Counted from the first letter of the stretch, positions 20,833 to 28,941 are shown. The stretch: DNA of 64,000 bases from an uncultured Pseudomonadales bacterium (GCA_964441155.1 CAYYKL010000001.1:152393-216392); one strand, 5' to 3'. Translations and numbers: made by a program. The notes: generated by a model not told the origin, from the sequence alone.

Positions 20833-21336
20833 TCAATCTATAAACACCGTAAGGGACTTCACCTCCCTTTCGGTGTGCTCTCGTGTGTGGATTGACCCCG
20901 TGTTTTTGATTAGTTGTGTTAAGAGTTGCATACTCAGCGTGACTGCCTCTTCAAAAACTAATTGAGACTCACCTTGACGACTAATGGCGATCATACTGTT
21001 TTCGCCTGGTGCCTTGGTTGTATCCCAAAACGTTCTACCCTCATAACTTGCTTCGCTGGAGCCAGAGCGCAGGCGCAACTTACATAAGTATTCGAGGATC
21101 ATGTGCTCAAATAAATGCGCGGTCTGTGTCTCTTTCATTTCTTCACAAAAAGGTGTGTTGTTCGGATTATCACATTGAGCTACCATAATTTCTGGCAATA
21201 ATATGCGCAAGTCTTCCATGAGTTGTGGAAATTTAGATGTTGAAGATAAGCTTGGCGTGATGTTGAATTGAAGAACCCAAAACTTCTTAGTCGGTTTTAC
21301 GTAGCGAACAATAAACTCTTGAGTTTGACCAAGCAT
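20833..21336 (-). CDS. Stand-alone cyanophycin synthetase N-terminal-like domain protein (putative zinc metallopeptidase)
   Basis: C-x18-HLFEHMILEY..., followed by YEGRT; resembles the CphA N-domain C..F....EGT..GH..EH..LE...G.T pattern. Confidence 0.6.
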   Translation of the reverse strand: MLGQTQEFIVRYVKPTKKFWVLQFNITPSLSSTSKFPQLMEDLRILLPEIMVAQCDNPNNTPFCEEMKETQTAHLFEHMILEYLCKLRLRSGSSEASYEGRTFWDTTKAPGENSMIAISRQGESQLVFEEAVTLSMQLLTQLIKNTGSIHTREHTEREVKSLTVFID

Positions 21337-21354
21337 GTGTCGTGCATCCGTATT

Positions 21355-21398
21355 CTTACTATATCCTTACACAATACGGATAATTTAATTTTAGTCAA
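21355..21398 (-). promoter_or_regulatory. Sigma70 promoter of the CphA-N-like gene with an inverted regulator box over the start site
   Basis: Minus strand TTGACT-N16-TATTGT; plus strand CTTACT-atatc-CTTACA at 21355-21371, flanked by the inverted repeat ATCCGTATT/AATACGGAT. Confidence 0.5.
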
Positions 21399-21446
21399 GC
21401 TCAAGTGATCAGAATCCAGGTTTATCGACTATTAAAGAAGCCGTTG

Positions 21447-21492
21447 AAATAGCCACCGACTCTTGTATAGATCAAGACGTTGGTGGCTATTT
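21447..21492. terminator. Stem-loop downstream of the ytxH-like gene (possible terminator)
   Basis: AAATAGCCACCGAC-TCTTG / CAAGA-C-GTTGGTGGCTATTT inverted repeat. Confidence 0.55.
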
Positions 21493-21505
21493 AATGAAGT
21501 GAGTA

Positions 21506-21754
21506 TTACTTGACACTGCCAGCGAGTTGGCGACTTTTCTTGCTAAAGTTTTGTACCGAATCTTCTGCTTTTTCGATATTATTTTCTAGCGAGGATTTGA
21601 CGCGTTTGATAACATCTTGCGTCATCTGCTTAGCTTTTTGTCTGTCCCCTTTGCTTACAAGCAGCACTGCCCCCGCTCCGAGTAATGCTCCAGCAGTAAT
21701 TGCGCCTAAACTTCCATTTTTTCTATTCATATCTGATTGCTTATTAGTGCTCAC
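21506..21754 (-). CDS. YtxH-domain general stress protein
   Basis: GAITAGALLGAGAVLL hydrophobic helix followed by a charged coiled-coil; SD AAGGAGGTGA 5-6 nt before GTG 21754. Confidence 0.75.
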   Translation of the reverse strand: MSTNKQSDMNRKNGSLGAITAGALLGAGAVLLVSKGDRQKAKQMTQDVIKRVKSSLENNIEKAEDSVQNFSKKSRQLAGSVK

Positions 21755-21794
21755 GCTATTCACCTCCTTATAAATAATTCCTATAAATAAATAG

Positions 21795-22049
21795 TTACCG
21801 ACTCAGGCGCAATGCCCGACCAACTACAATTAAAAGAACTGCTCCAATCACCGAAACAATTACACTGTAGAGGTTAAAGCCAGTTACTCCAGTTTCACCA
21901 ATTAAATTCATGGCGAAACCTCCAACAAGCGCACCAACAACACCCAGAAGGATGTCGCCCATTACCCCTTGTGAATCATTGGTTCGCATCATAACTGATG
22001 CAATCCAACCGGCTATCATACCTAAAATTATCCAAGATAGTATTCCCAT
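21795..22049 (-). CDS. GlsB/YeaQ/YmgE family (transglycosylase-associated) stress membrane protein
   Basis: MGILSWIILGMIAGWIAS...DILLGVVGALVGG...GAVLL; perfect SD AAAGGAGGTGA. Confidence 0.92.
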   Translation of the reverse strand: MGILSWIILGMIAGWIASVMMRTNDSQGVMGDILLGVVGALVGGFAMNLIGETGVTGFNLYSVIVSVIGAVLLIVVGRALRLSR

Positions 22050-22075
22050 TTAGTATCACCTCCTTTCTGTGTATG

Positions 22076-22129
22076 AGCTTACCGAGTAATGGTGATTTGC
22101 CATATTAGATTTAGTAAGTAATTCGTAAA
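22076..22129 (-). promoter_or_regulatory. Direct-repeat box plus -10 of the glsB-like/ytxH-like operon
   Basis: TTTACG-aatta-CTTACT, 31 nt, TAAGCT. Confidence 0.6.
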
Positions 22130-22160
22130 CGCTTGTGTTTCCACAGGATCAAGTAATTGT

Positions 22161-22583
22161 TCAGGCGCCTTGCACCGCCGGCACCGTTCCAATCTCTTCT
22201 AAGTTTTGAGACAGTGTTGTTTTTTCTTGAAGAGTTAAATCAACTTGTTCCCGATCTACGATAATTAATCCATCAATTATTTTCTGAGCTTTTTCCACAT
22301 CTCGTGGTGACATTCTAGAAATCTCTATGGGTTCGTTACCGACAAATTTATGTAAGATTTTCATGCTGGCAAACGGAAATGCGTAACTTACAATGACAGA
22401 GCTAATATCTTTAACTGAAACTGATTGCGTGGTTGAGCCGAAGGGAAAATGACGCGTCAACACAGTGATTCGATAAGAATCAATGACGATAACAGTTGGG
22501 AAAAACACATAGGGAAATGCGCTTTTCATGGTAAGTAAAACTTGAGCTGGCTCTTCTGCTAATTGAGTGAGTTTTTGTGGCAT
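22161..22583 (-). CDS. Hypothetical protein (possible bacterial PH-like domain)
   Basis: 140 aa, beta-rich pattern IDSYRITV...SVSVKDISSV; preceded by a leaderless promoter. Confidence 0.65.
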   Translation of the reverse strand: MPQKLTQLAEEPAQVLLTMKSAFPYVFFPTVIVIDSYRITVLTRHFPFGSTTQSVSVKDISSVIVSYAFPFASMKILHKFVGNEPIEISRMSPRDVEKAQKIIDGLIIVDREQVDLTLQEKTTLSQNLEEIGTVPAVQGA

Positions 22584-22589
22584 GCGCTA

Positions 22590-22644
22590 AGACTACACAC
22601 GAGCAATGATAATTTTTTAGAGAAACAGGTAATGAATTTGTAAG
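22590..22644 (-). promoter_or_regulatory. Direct-repeat box plus extended -10 (leaderless)
   Basis: CTTACA-aattc-ATTACC, 32 nt, TAGTCT, 6 nt, ATG 22583. Confidence 0.65.
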
Positions 22645-22685
22645 GCAGGATTAGCAACAATAATCAACGCTCATGCTTGAGTTGG

Positions 22686-23048
22686 TCATTTTTTTTCAGG
22701 GTGAACCACCGATTCAGCGAGTCTAAGCAGTTCATCGATGTCAAATGGTTTTTTGATAACCTCATCAACGCCAAGATCCTGGATTTGTGATTCGATTTGC
22801 TGCATCGCAGACATAACAATTATGGGAGTCTTGGAAAGTGATGGGTGCTCCTTCAATGCACTGAGCAAATCCCTGCCAGACAGACCGGTCATCCAGTAAT
22901 CAAGCAGCATCACATCAGGCTTGATTGACTGCACAACATCAAACCCTGGAAACTGGAGAAAAGAATCAACCTGCCATCCAGACTGCTCAAACAGCATTCG
23001 AGTCACGTCTACAATTGCTTCATCGTCGTCAATAATGATAATTTTCAT
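22686..23048 (-). CDS. Single-domain response regulator (CheY-like receiver)
   Basis: IIIIDDDE, MLLDYWM, VMSA, KKPFDIDEL; no output domain. Confidence 0.9.
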   Translation of the reverse strand: MKIIIIDDDEAIVDVTRMLFEQSGWQVDSFLQFPGFDVVQSIKPDVMLLDYWMTGLSGRDLLSALKEHPSLSKTPIIVMSAMQQIESQIQDLGVDEVIKKPFDIDELLRLAESVVHPEKK

Positions 23049-23125
23049 AAGACTACCGCAAAACTGATGGTGTTTCAGATTAAAAAGTAACTAAGTAGTT
23101 TAATGTATAGATATATTCTAACCTG

Positions 23126-23180
23126 ACGCTACACGAAATTGTGCATGCTTTAAAGCAAAAAAGTGTAAGATTAATGTAAA
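23126..23180 (-). promoter_or_regulatory. Direct-repeat box plus -10 of the receiver gene
   Basis: TTTACA-ttaat-CTTACA, 32 nt, TAGCGT. Confidence 0.65.
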
Positions 23181-23185
23181 GGCAA

Positions 23186-24286
23186 CTAATGAAGGGTGTT
23201 TGCTTGTTTTATTGGCAAGGTAAAATGGAAGTCTGAGCCTTTTGGCTTGTTTGATCGCACCCCAATAGTTCCACCATGTTGTTCAACGATTTTTTTGGAA
23301 ATAAACAAACCCAAACCCAAGCCCTGAATATTACCAGAATGAATGCGTGAATAGCGCTTGAATAACTTTTTTCGCTCTGTTTTCTTGATTCCCATTCCTC
23401 TATCTTTAACTGATACTTCGAGAAAATTTCCATTCGGGGTAAATTCAATCATAATCGGGCTATTTTCAGGTGAATATTTGATTGCATTACTAACCAGATT
23501 AGTCACAACCTGAAGAATCCTCTGACGATCGCCAATAACGTGTTTCATTTCACACTGACCCACTACCACTTTGCGCAATGGAAATTTAATCAGGAAATCT
23601 TCGACTATCTGCGAGGTTACTTTGGTTATATTTACCTTTTCCCAAAGCAACTCAAATGTTTCTGATTCAATTTTCGACAAATCAAGCAAATCATTAATCA
23701 ATGCATTTTGGCGATCAATTAAATGAATCATTTTGATTAAATAGTCTCCGAACTCAGCACCAGACTGGGATTTTAGCATCATTTGGGTATATGCACGCAT
23801 TGAGGTAAGGGGAGTTTTTAATTCATGACTGGTAATTGAAATGAAGTCATTTTTCAATTGCTCAAGGCGTTTGCTTTTAGACACATCTAAAAATAAGCTT
23901 AAGAATAACTTCTTTTTTGCGATAAGCCTTGTATGACTCACTACCACGTCAATGTACTTTCCATCAAGTGAAATAAGTGATTTTTCGTAGGGTTTTGAAG
24001 TGCCAGGCTGTGTGAGTGATGTATAGGCGACTGAGTCTAGGGGATGATATTCTTTGGGTGTTAATGCTGTCAATGAAAACGCTTCAGGAAGCGGCAAGTT
24101 TTTTCGATTGATCATGAGCATAAACGTATTGTTAGTCCATATTATTTCATGATTGTTGTCGTGTAGTGCCATTCCGATCATATCGGAATCAATGAGGCCT
24201 GCCAGCACGCTTTCGCTCAACGTGAGCAAGGGGTTTTGATCTTTTTGATTGAAAAGTTTTTGGTAGGAAGAGAGTAGTCGCTTCAT
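23186..24286 (-). CDS. Soluble PAS-domain histidine kinase
   Basis: No clear TM; PAS (PYEKSLI..DG..I.V), TSHELKTPLT, NLVSNAIKY, DRGMGI, GLGLGL. Confidence 0.9.
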   Translation of the reverse strand: MKRLLSSYQKLFNQKDQNPLLTLSESVLAGLIDSDMIGMALHDNNHEIIWTNNTFMLMINRKNLPLPEAFSLTALTPKEYHPLDSVAYTSLTQPGTSKPYEKSLISLDGKYIDVVVSHTRLIAKKKLFLSLFLDVSKSKRLEQLKNDFISITSHELKTPLTSMRAYTQMMLKSQSGAEFGDYLIKMIHLIDRQNALINDLLDLSKIESETFELLWEKVNITKVTSQIVEDFLIKFPLRKVVVGQCEMKHVIGDRQRILQVVTNLVSNAIKYSPENSPIMIEFTPNGNFLEVSVKDRGMGIKKTERKKLFKRYSRIHSGNIQGLGLGLFISKKIVEQHGGTIGVRSNKPKGSDFHFTLPIKQANTLH

Positions 24287-24475
24287 GAGTTCGTAAGCGC
24301 TTAAGTAGTTATAGAATGCGTTCCCATGGCTTTAACAAAACACGCTAATGCATTTGCTCAGTCGATCAGAAATAAACATGCTTTTGGCGTATTGTAGCAC
24401 AACAAGCTCTTCGCACACTGGGCGATGAATAAGCGCATTCAACCTGAAGGGGATTAATTTCAATCGTATTCGCTA

Positions 24476-24550
24476 TCAAACAATCCGAGCCACCATAAGT
24501 GCTACTGAGGCTGCTGCTAACATTTCATAATACAAGACATCGTCAAACAT
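24476..24550 (-). CDS. Candidate 24-aa small protein (MFDDVLYYEMLAAASVALMVARIV)
   Basis: Purine-rich GAGGAAAGGAAG upstream of the ATG; hydrophobic helix; lies between a box promoter and the kinase. Confidence 0.35.
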   Translation of the reverse strand: MFDDVLYYEMLAAASVALMVARIV

Positions 24551-24601
24551 AGTTTTCTTCCTTTCCTCGAAACAAAAAAGAGCTTGAAAAGTCCATTTTG
24601 T

Positions 24602-24685
24602 TTACGCTGGCTCACTTCGAAGTATGAGTAAAATATCTTCAATAAGATAAAAGAAACCTTGAATATAGTTAAAAACTCGAGTCAT
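24602..24685 (-). CDS. Candidate 27-aa small protein (MTRVFNYIQGFFYLIEDILLILRSEPA)
   Basis: GGAGGT SD just upstream of the ATG; first ORF after the box promoter at 24719-24772. Confidence 0.45.
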   Translation of the reverse strand: MTRVFNYIQGFFYLIEDILLILRSEPA

Positions 24686-24718
24686 ATACCTCCATTTCAC
24701 TATTGTTAATGCAGGCGT

Positions 24719-24772
24719 AATCTAGCATTTGAAAATTTAGTCATCGGTAAAATATCGTAAATATTAAGTAAT
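24719..24772 (-). promoter_or_regulatory. Direct-repeat box plus extended -10 upstream of the small ORFs and soluble kinase
   Basis: ATTACT-taata-TTTACG, 31 nt, TGc-TAGATT. Confidence 0.55.
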
Positions 24773-24864
24773 AAGTTCTCCCAATAAATGAGACATATAA
24801 AATTTGAAACACTTAAAAAGTGAAGGTTGAAAATGAAAACTCACCGTTAATAAAGTAGTTAGTT

Positions 24865-26433
24865 TTATTTTTTAGCAAATAGGTTTTCAGAAAGGGGCAG
24901 GTAATTTTCTGATAGCAACTTTTGTATTTCAGGAGCATAGTCAAGATTTTGAGGTGCATAGATGAGCAAGGCAGAGCCGGTTTGAAGTGCATGCATGACT
25001 TCATTTCTTAAGGGTTTGGCAGCGTGGATCCATGGATAGTAGAAATGAATTCGAGTGGCACTTTGAAGTGTTGGCAGCGCATGAAACAATCCGATATCCG
25101 GACTTAGGTTTTGGATGGTTGCATACTGCAATGAGTTATTGAGTAAGTATGAAGCAGTAGTAAGTGTAAACGGGTAGTAAAGAGCTTGATCTTGAGAGGC
25201 AAATTTTTTATAGGTAGGTAAGCTTACCAGAAAAATGCACATAACTAGTAGTGAAGGCACTATAGACCACCAAGATTTGGCCTTGAAGTAGATTTCGTGG
25301 AGTGTGATGCAGGCAAAAGTAATAATGCCAAAAAACAATGAAGAGGCGTGAAACAAATCAGTAGTTCTAACACTCAAATAAAGTAGTGTTAAGACAAAGA
25401 AAATGGCAAGTGTAAATTGCTTTTTAAATACAAGCAGAAGAGCGCTTGAAAAAAGAGTGAACCACATTAAAGTTCTTAAGTTTCCAATCGCCTCGAAATA
25501 GCTATTGAATCCAACACCCATCCAAGAGATTGCTTCTTCGATTGATAGTCCCCGAACCAATTGCTTAACAGTTGTATAAAGCGTAAGAGCAAGATTGCTG
25601 GAGGCTGAGATCGCCTGTGTGAGAAAGCTCCTGGCATTGATCCAAGGTGCTTTGAGCAAAGAATTGACTGCTGTTTCTTCGCGTTGCATTAATCGCAGAG
25701 GATAATAGATTTTGCTATTAAATTCGAAGTAATCATATTTAAAATTATTAGCTGCTCCTTGAAGAGACAACAGAACGGGAATAACAGAATACACCAATGC
25801 CATTACTACTAATTTCTTCTTGGCTTTCAGTAGCTCGTTGAGATTAATGCCATTGATTTTTATGAGAAAAAGCAAGAACAATGCGAAAGAAAAAATATAG
25901 ACTGGAGCAGCAAAAAATACAATAAACCCTGCCATCCCAACTACGATCAGCAGCTTAGGATTTGCTTGAATTGAGTGAGCTCTGCTGTACCCACACCAGA
26001 AAAGAGTCATGAACAATGCTGCGGCAAATGATTCAGCCAAAAACATCTGTGCGCTTACCGCCGGAGCCAAAATAGCGCTGACTAAAAAGCTTGTGCCCAC
26101 AAATGGCCGCATGGAGCTTTTAACAAGCGCGTATGAGATGATAAAATTCAATAACCAGAAGCTCATGACCCCAAAACGCATCCACTCAGGTGAAGCGAAT
26201 CCAGTTGATTGCCACAGAGCACTAAGGTAGTAGGTAAGTGGTGCGTGGTGACTAAAGAAATCACGATAAGGAACTCTTCCTTGCAAGATTAATTGACCAC
26301 CGACCCAGTTATCGTGTTCGTCATTAAAAGTGCCTTTTGTTGCAATTGCAATCCAAACCAGGCTCAAGGCGAATATCCAAATCAATAACTTCTGAAAATA
26401 TTGTTTTTGTTTAAGAAAATTCAGATACCACAT
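24865..26433 (-). CDS. GT-C-like (ArnT/PMT-related) multi-pass membrane protein
   Basis: FNDEHDN..GG.LIL.G.VPYRDFFSHHAPL motif and many TMs. Confidence 0.7.
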   Translation of the reverse strand: MWYLNFLKQKQYFQKLLIWIFALSLVWIAIATKGTFNDEHDNWVGGQLILQGRVPYRDFFSHHAPLTYYLSALWQSTGFASPEWMRFGVMSFWLLNFIISYALVKSSMRPFVGTSFLVSAILAPAVSAQMFLAESFAAALFMTLFWCGYSRAHSIQANPKLLIVVGMAGFIVFFAAPVYIFSFALFLLFLIKINGINLNELLKAKKKLVVMALVYSVIPVLLSLQGAANNFKYDYFEFNSKIYYPLRLMQREETAVNSLLKAPWINARSFLTQAISASSNLALTLYTTVKQLVRGLSIEEAISWMGVGFNSYFEAIGNLRTLMWFTLFSSALLLVFKKQFTLAIFFVLTLLYLSVRTTDLFHASSLFFGIITFACITLHEIYFKAKSWWSIVPSLLVMCIFLVSLPTYKKFASQDQALYYPFTLTTASYLLNNSLQYATIQNLSPDIGLFHALPTLQSATRIHFYYPWIHAAKPLRNEVMHALQTGSALLIYAPQNLDYAPEIQKLLSENYLPLSENLFAKK

Positions 26434-27369
26434 ATGGCACCAGTAATAGCACTAAACGAGCTAACTAAAGTATACCCACCACCGAATAAAAAGGGTAAGC
26501 CTTTCACTGCGGTTAATGGAGTTTCTTTCAGCGTTCAGGAGGGTGAAATTGTTGGGTTGCTCGGTCCCAATGGTGCAGGCAAATCTACCACCATTTCTAT
26601 GTTGCTTGGAGTATTGTCGCCAACAAGCGGATCAATCTCTTATTTTGGTAAGGATTTTTTTAAGCATCGATCTGAAATCTTGAGTCACGTAACCTTTGCA
26701 AGCACCTACATTAGGATGCCATGGCGCTTATCAGTTATGGAAAACTTACGTATTTATGGCTATATGTATGGATTATCAAAATCATTGTTTGAAAAACGGG
26801 CAAAGAAATTTTTGAACTACTTTGGAGTGTGGGATCAGCGCGATAAAACTATGAATTTGTTGTCAGCCGGACAAGTGACTCGAATCATGCTCGCTAAAGC
26901 ATTTATTCCTCATCCCAAAGTGGTTTTGCTCGACGAACCAACAGCTTCACTCGATCCAGATATTGCTCACGAAATCAGAGGGTTTGTGAAGCAGCAACAA
27001 AATGAGTTCAATACGACAATTCTCTACACTTCACATAATATGGATGAAGTAACTGATGTTTGTGATCGAGTCATATTTTTAAAACATGGTCAAATAGTGA
27101 GTCAAGACACGCCAGAAAACCTTATCAAAACCCTCAAAGATGTAACCGTGGAATTACTGGTGAGCGATAACCTCACCCAAATCACTGCGTTGCTAAAGAC
27201 CAATGCCTGGGCATTCACCGCGCAAGAACGAGAGATTCAAATTACACTACCCGAAAACCAAGTAGCAAAATTGTTTCAGACACTGGCTATTGCAAATATA
27301 TCCTATTCGCAAATTACCGTGCATAAACCCAGCCTCGAAGATTACTTTTTGCAATTGGCGGCGAAATAA
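26434..27369 (+). CDS. ABC-2 type transporter ATP-binding protein
   Basis: Walker A GPNGAGKST, signature LSAGQ, Walker B VLLDEPT, TSHNM. Confidence 0.92.
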   Translation: MAPVIALNELTKVYPPPNKKGKPFTAVNGVSFSVQEGEIVGLLGPNGAGKSTTISMLLGVLSPTSGSISYFGKDFFKHRSEILSHVTFASTYIRMPWRLSVMENLRIYGYMYGLSKSLFEKRAKKFLNYFGVWDQRDKTMNLLSAGQVTRIMLAKAFIPHPKVVLLDEPTASLDPDIAHEIRGFVKQQQNEFNTTILYTSHNMDEVTDVCDRVIFLKHGQIVSQDTPENLIKTLKDVTVELLVSDNLTQITALLKTNAWAFTAQEREIQITLPENQVAKLFQTLAIANISYSQITVHKPSLEDYFLQLAAK

Positions 27370-27371
27370 GT

Positions 27372-28154
27372 ATGAGCATAAACCGCATTAAAGCTTTGTG
27401 TTTGCGACACTTATATCCACTTCGGCGGGATTTAGATCTATTGTCCGATATGATCTATTGGCCAATTATTGACACAATTCTTTGGGGAGTAACATCTCAA
27501 TGGTTATTTGAGTCTTCAGGAATCCCAGGCTTAGTGGCGGCCATTCTTATTGGGCTCATCCTCTGGAATGTTATTTGGCGCTCCCAAGCAGAAGTTTCAC
27601 GCAATTTGATTGATGAAATATGGAATAGCAATTTAGTCAATCTTTTTTCTACGCCTTTGCAATTGAAAGAATGGATTGCTGGGATACTTTTGCTTTCTAT
27701 TGTCAAAACAGGCATCACTATTTCTTTGCTTTCACTGCTAGTTGTGGTTCTGTATCATGTAAACTTTTTAACCCTTGGGCTGTGGCTTGTTGTCTTTATT
27801 TTCCTTTCCACCATGTCGGGTTGGTGGATAGGGTTTATTTCAGCCAGCATTGTCATTCGCTTCGGCCCAAAGATGCAAAATGTGGTCTGGACGCTTCCTG
27901 GAATATTATTGCCGTTTAGCGCCATCTATTTTCCTGTCGATCGCTTGCCTGAATCGGCGCAAATCATAAGCAAGCTTATTCCCACAACCTATGTGTTCGA
28001 GGCCATGCGCTCAGTCCTATCAGGAAATTATGACATCGCACATGCATTAGGAGTCAGTCTTCTGCTTAATGGTGTGTATTTAACGTTGAGTATTTGGTTT
28101 TTCGTGAGAAGTTTTGCCTACTCAAAAACATTAGGTTTGGGTAGATTTGAATAA
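27372..28154 (+). CDS. ABC-2 type transporter permease
   Basis: 6 TMs, SAIYFPVDRLP...PTTYVFEAMR; adjacent to the ATPase. Confidence 0.88.
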   Translation: MSINRIKALCLRHLYPLRRDLDLLSDMIYWPIIDTILWGVTSQWLFESSGIPGLVAAILIGLILWNVIWRSQAEVSRNLIDEIWNSNLVNLFSTPLQLKEWIAGILLLSIVKTGITISLLSLLVVVLYHVNFLTLGLWLVVFIFLSTMSGWWIGFISASIVIRFGPKMQNVVWTLPGILLPFSAIYFPVDRLPESAQIISKLIPTTYVFEAMRSVLSGNYDIAHALGVSLLLNGVYLTLSIWFFVRSFAYSKTLGLGRFE

Positions 28155-28234
28155 AATCAATCATTATTTCGTGACCCAGCTTCGTCAAATAGCATCGTCG
28201 CTTTTAAAAGTTGTTCAGTAATATGAATTGAACG

Positions 28235-28333
28235 AAAAAAAGCGGCATTGTGATAAATGAAAAACTACCCCTTTTTCATTCATCTACACCGCTTTTTTTA
28301 ATACGTTTTGTCGTGGGCCTCAAACCAGACAAT
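28235..28333 (-). ncRNA. Candidate ~100-nt small RNA (two hairpins, ends in a U7 tract)
   Basis: Box promoter firing leftward (ATTACC-N5-CTTACA, 31 nt, TAATCT); 65-nt hairpin whose three mismatches are G.U pairs only on the minus strand. Confidence 0.45.
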
Positions 28334-28339
28334 AGCTAT

Positions 28340-28454
28340 AGATTAACGTCAGAGGGGTATGGGTTAACAAATTAAGTGTAAGAAAATGGTAATAATTTTT
28401 TTACTTTCTATTTACCAAGTATTAATCTTCAATCTTGCATTACTCAGCTATAAA
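28340..28454. promoter_or_regulatory. Back-to-back divergent box promoters
   Basis: Minus: box 28377-28393, -10 TAATCT 28340-28345 (31 nt). Plus: TTTACT-ttcta-TTTACC 28400-28416, TATAAA 28449-28454 (32 nt). Confidence 0.6.
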
Positions 28455-28514
28455 TAAGCACGGTTTCGCAATAATATACGAAATATTAATTGTACTAGTT
28501 TGACAGGATGTGTC

Positions 28515-28886
28515 ATGAAAACTTCGCATACACTTTTAATCGTTGAAGATGATATTGATCTTCAACATTTTTTACGTGAATTCTTTAGCAAAAAAGGCTT
28601 CGAGGTGTACGCAACTGGATTAGGTAAGGAGGCGATCAAAATAGCTCAACAAACGCTGCCCTCTCTGATCATCCTTGACCTGGGTTTACCTGACATGGAT
28701 GGCGAAACGGTATGCCTTCAACTGAAGAAGGTAGATCCTTCCATACCAGTCATTATTCTTTCTGCAAATGACGACACGCAATCAGTTGTGGGCACATTCG
28801 GCAAAGGAGCTGACGATTATATCAATAAACCGTTTAATAACGACGAACTGTGGGCGCGGGCAAGAGCAAAATTGAAAGTGTCCTGA
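28515..28886 (+). CDS. Single-domain response regulator (OmpR-type receiver lacking the DNA-binding domain)
   Basis: LIVEDD, IILDLGLP, GADDYINKPF..EL.AR..A.L then stop. Confidence 0.9.
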   Translation: MKTSHTLLIVEDDIDLQHFLREFFSKKGFEVYATGLGKEAIKIAQQTLPSLIILDLGLPDMDGETVCLQLKKVDPSIPVIILSANDDTQSVVGTFGKGADDYINKPFNNDELWARARAKLKVS

Positions 28887-28941
28887 GAGATCATTCCTCT
28901 CTCGTTTATTTTTACGTGCTAGTCATAGACCCGATAATTCT

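Noticed and set aside
21400-21492. Possible plus-strand sRNA driven by the 21355 box and ending at the 21447-21492 hairpin
   Set aside because: No TANNNT at the 30-32 nt spacing; only one G.U pair favours the plus strand; the hairpin is adequately explained as a terminator
21510-21773. Plus-strand 87-aa ORF
   Set aside because: Antisense to the SD-led YtxH-like gene
24330-24550. Possible stop-codon readthrough extending the 24-aa sORF
   Set aside because: Two consecutive stops (TGA TAG); TGA is used as a normal stop elsewhere in the window, so there is no evidence for code 25
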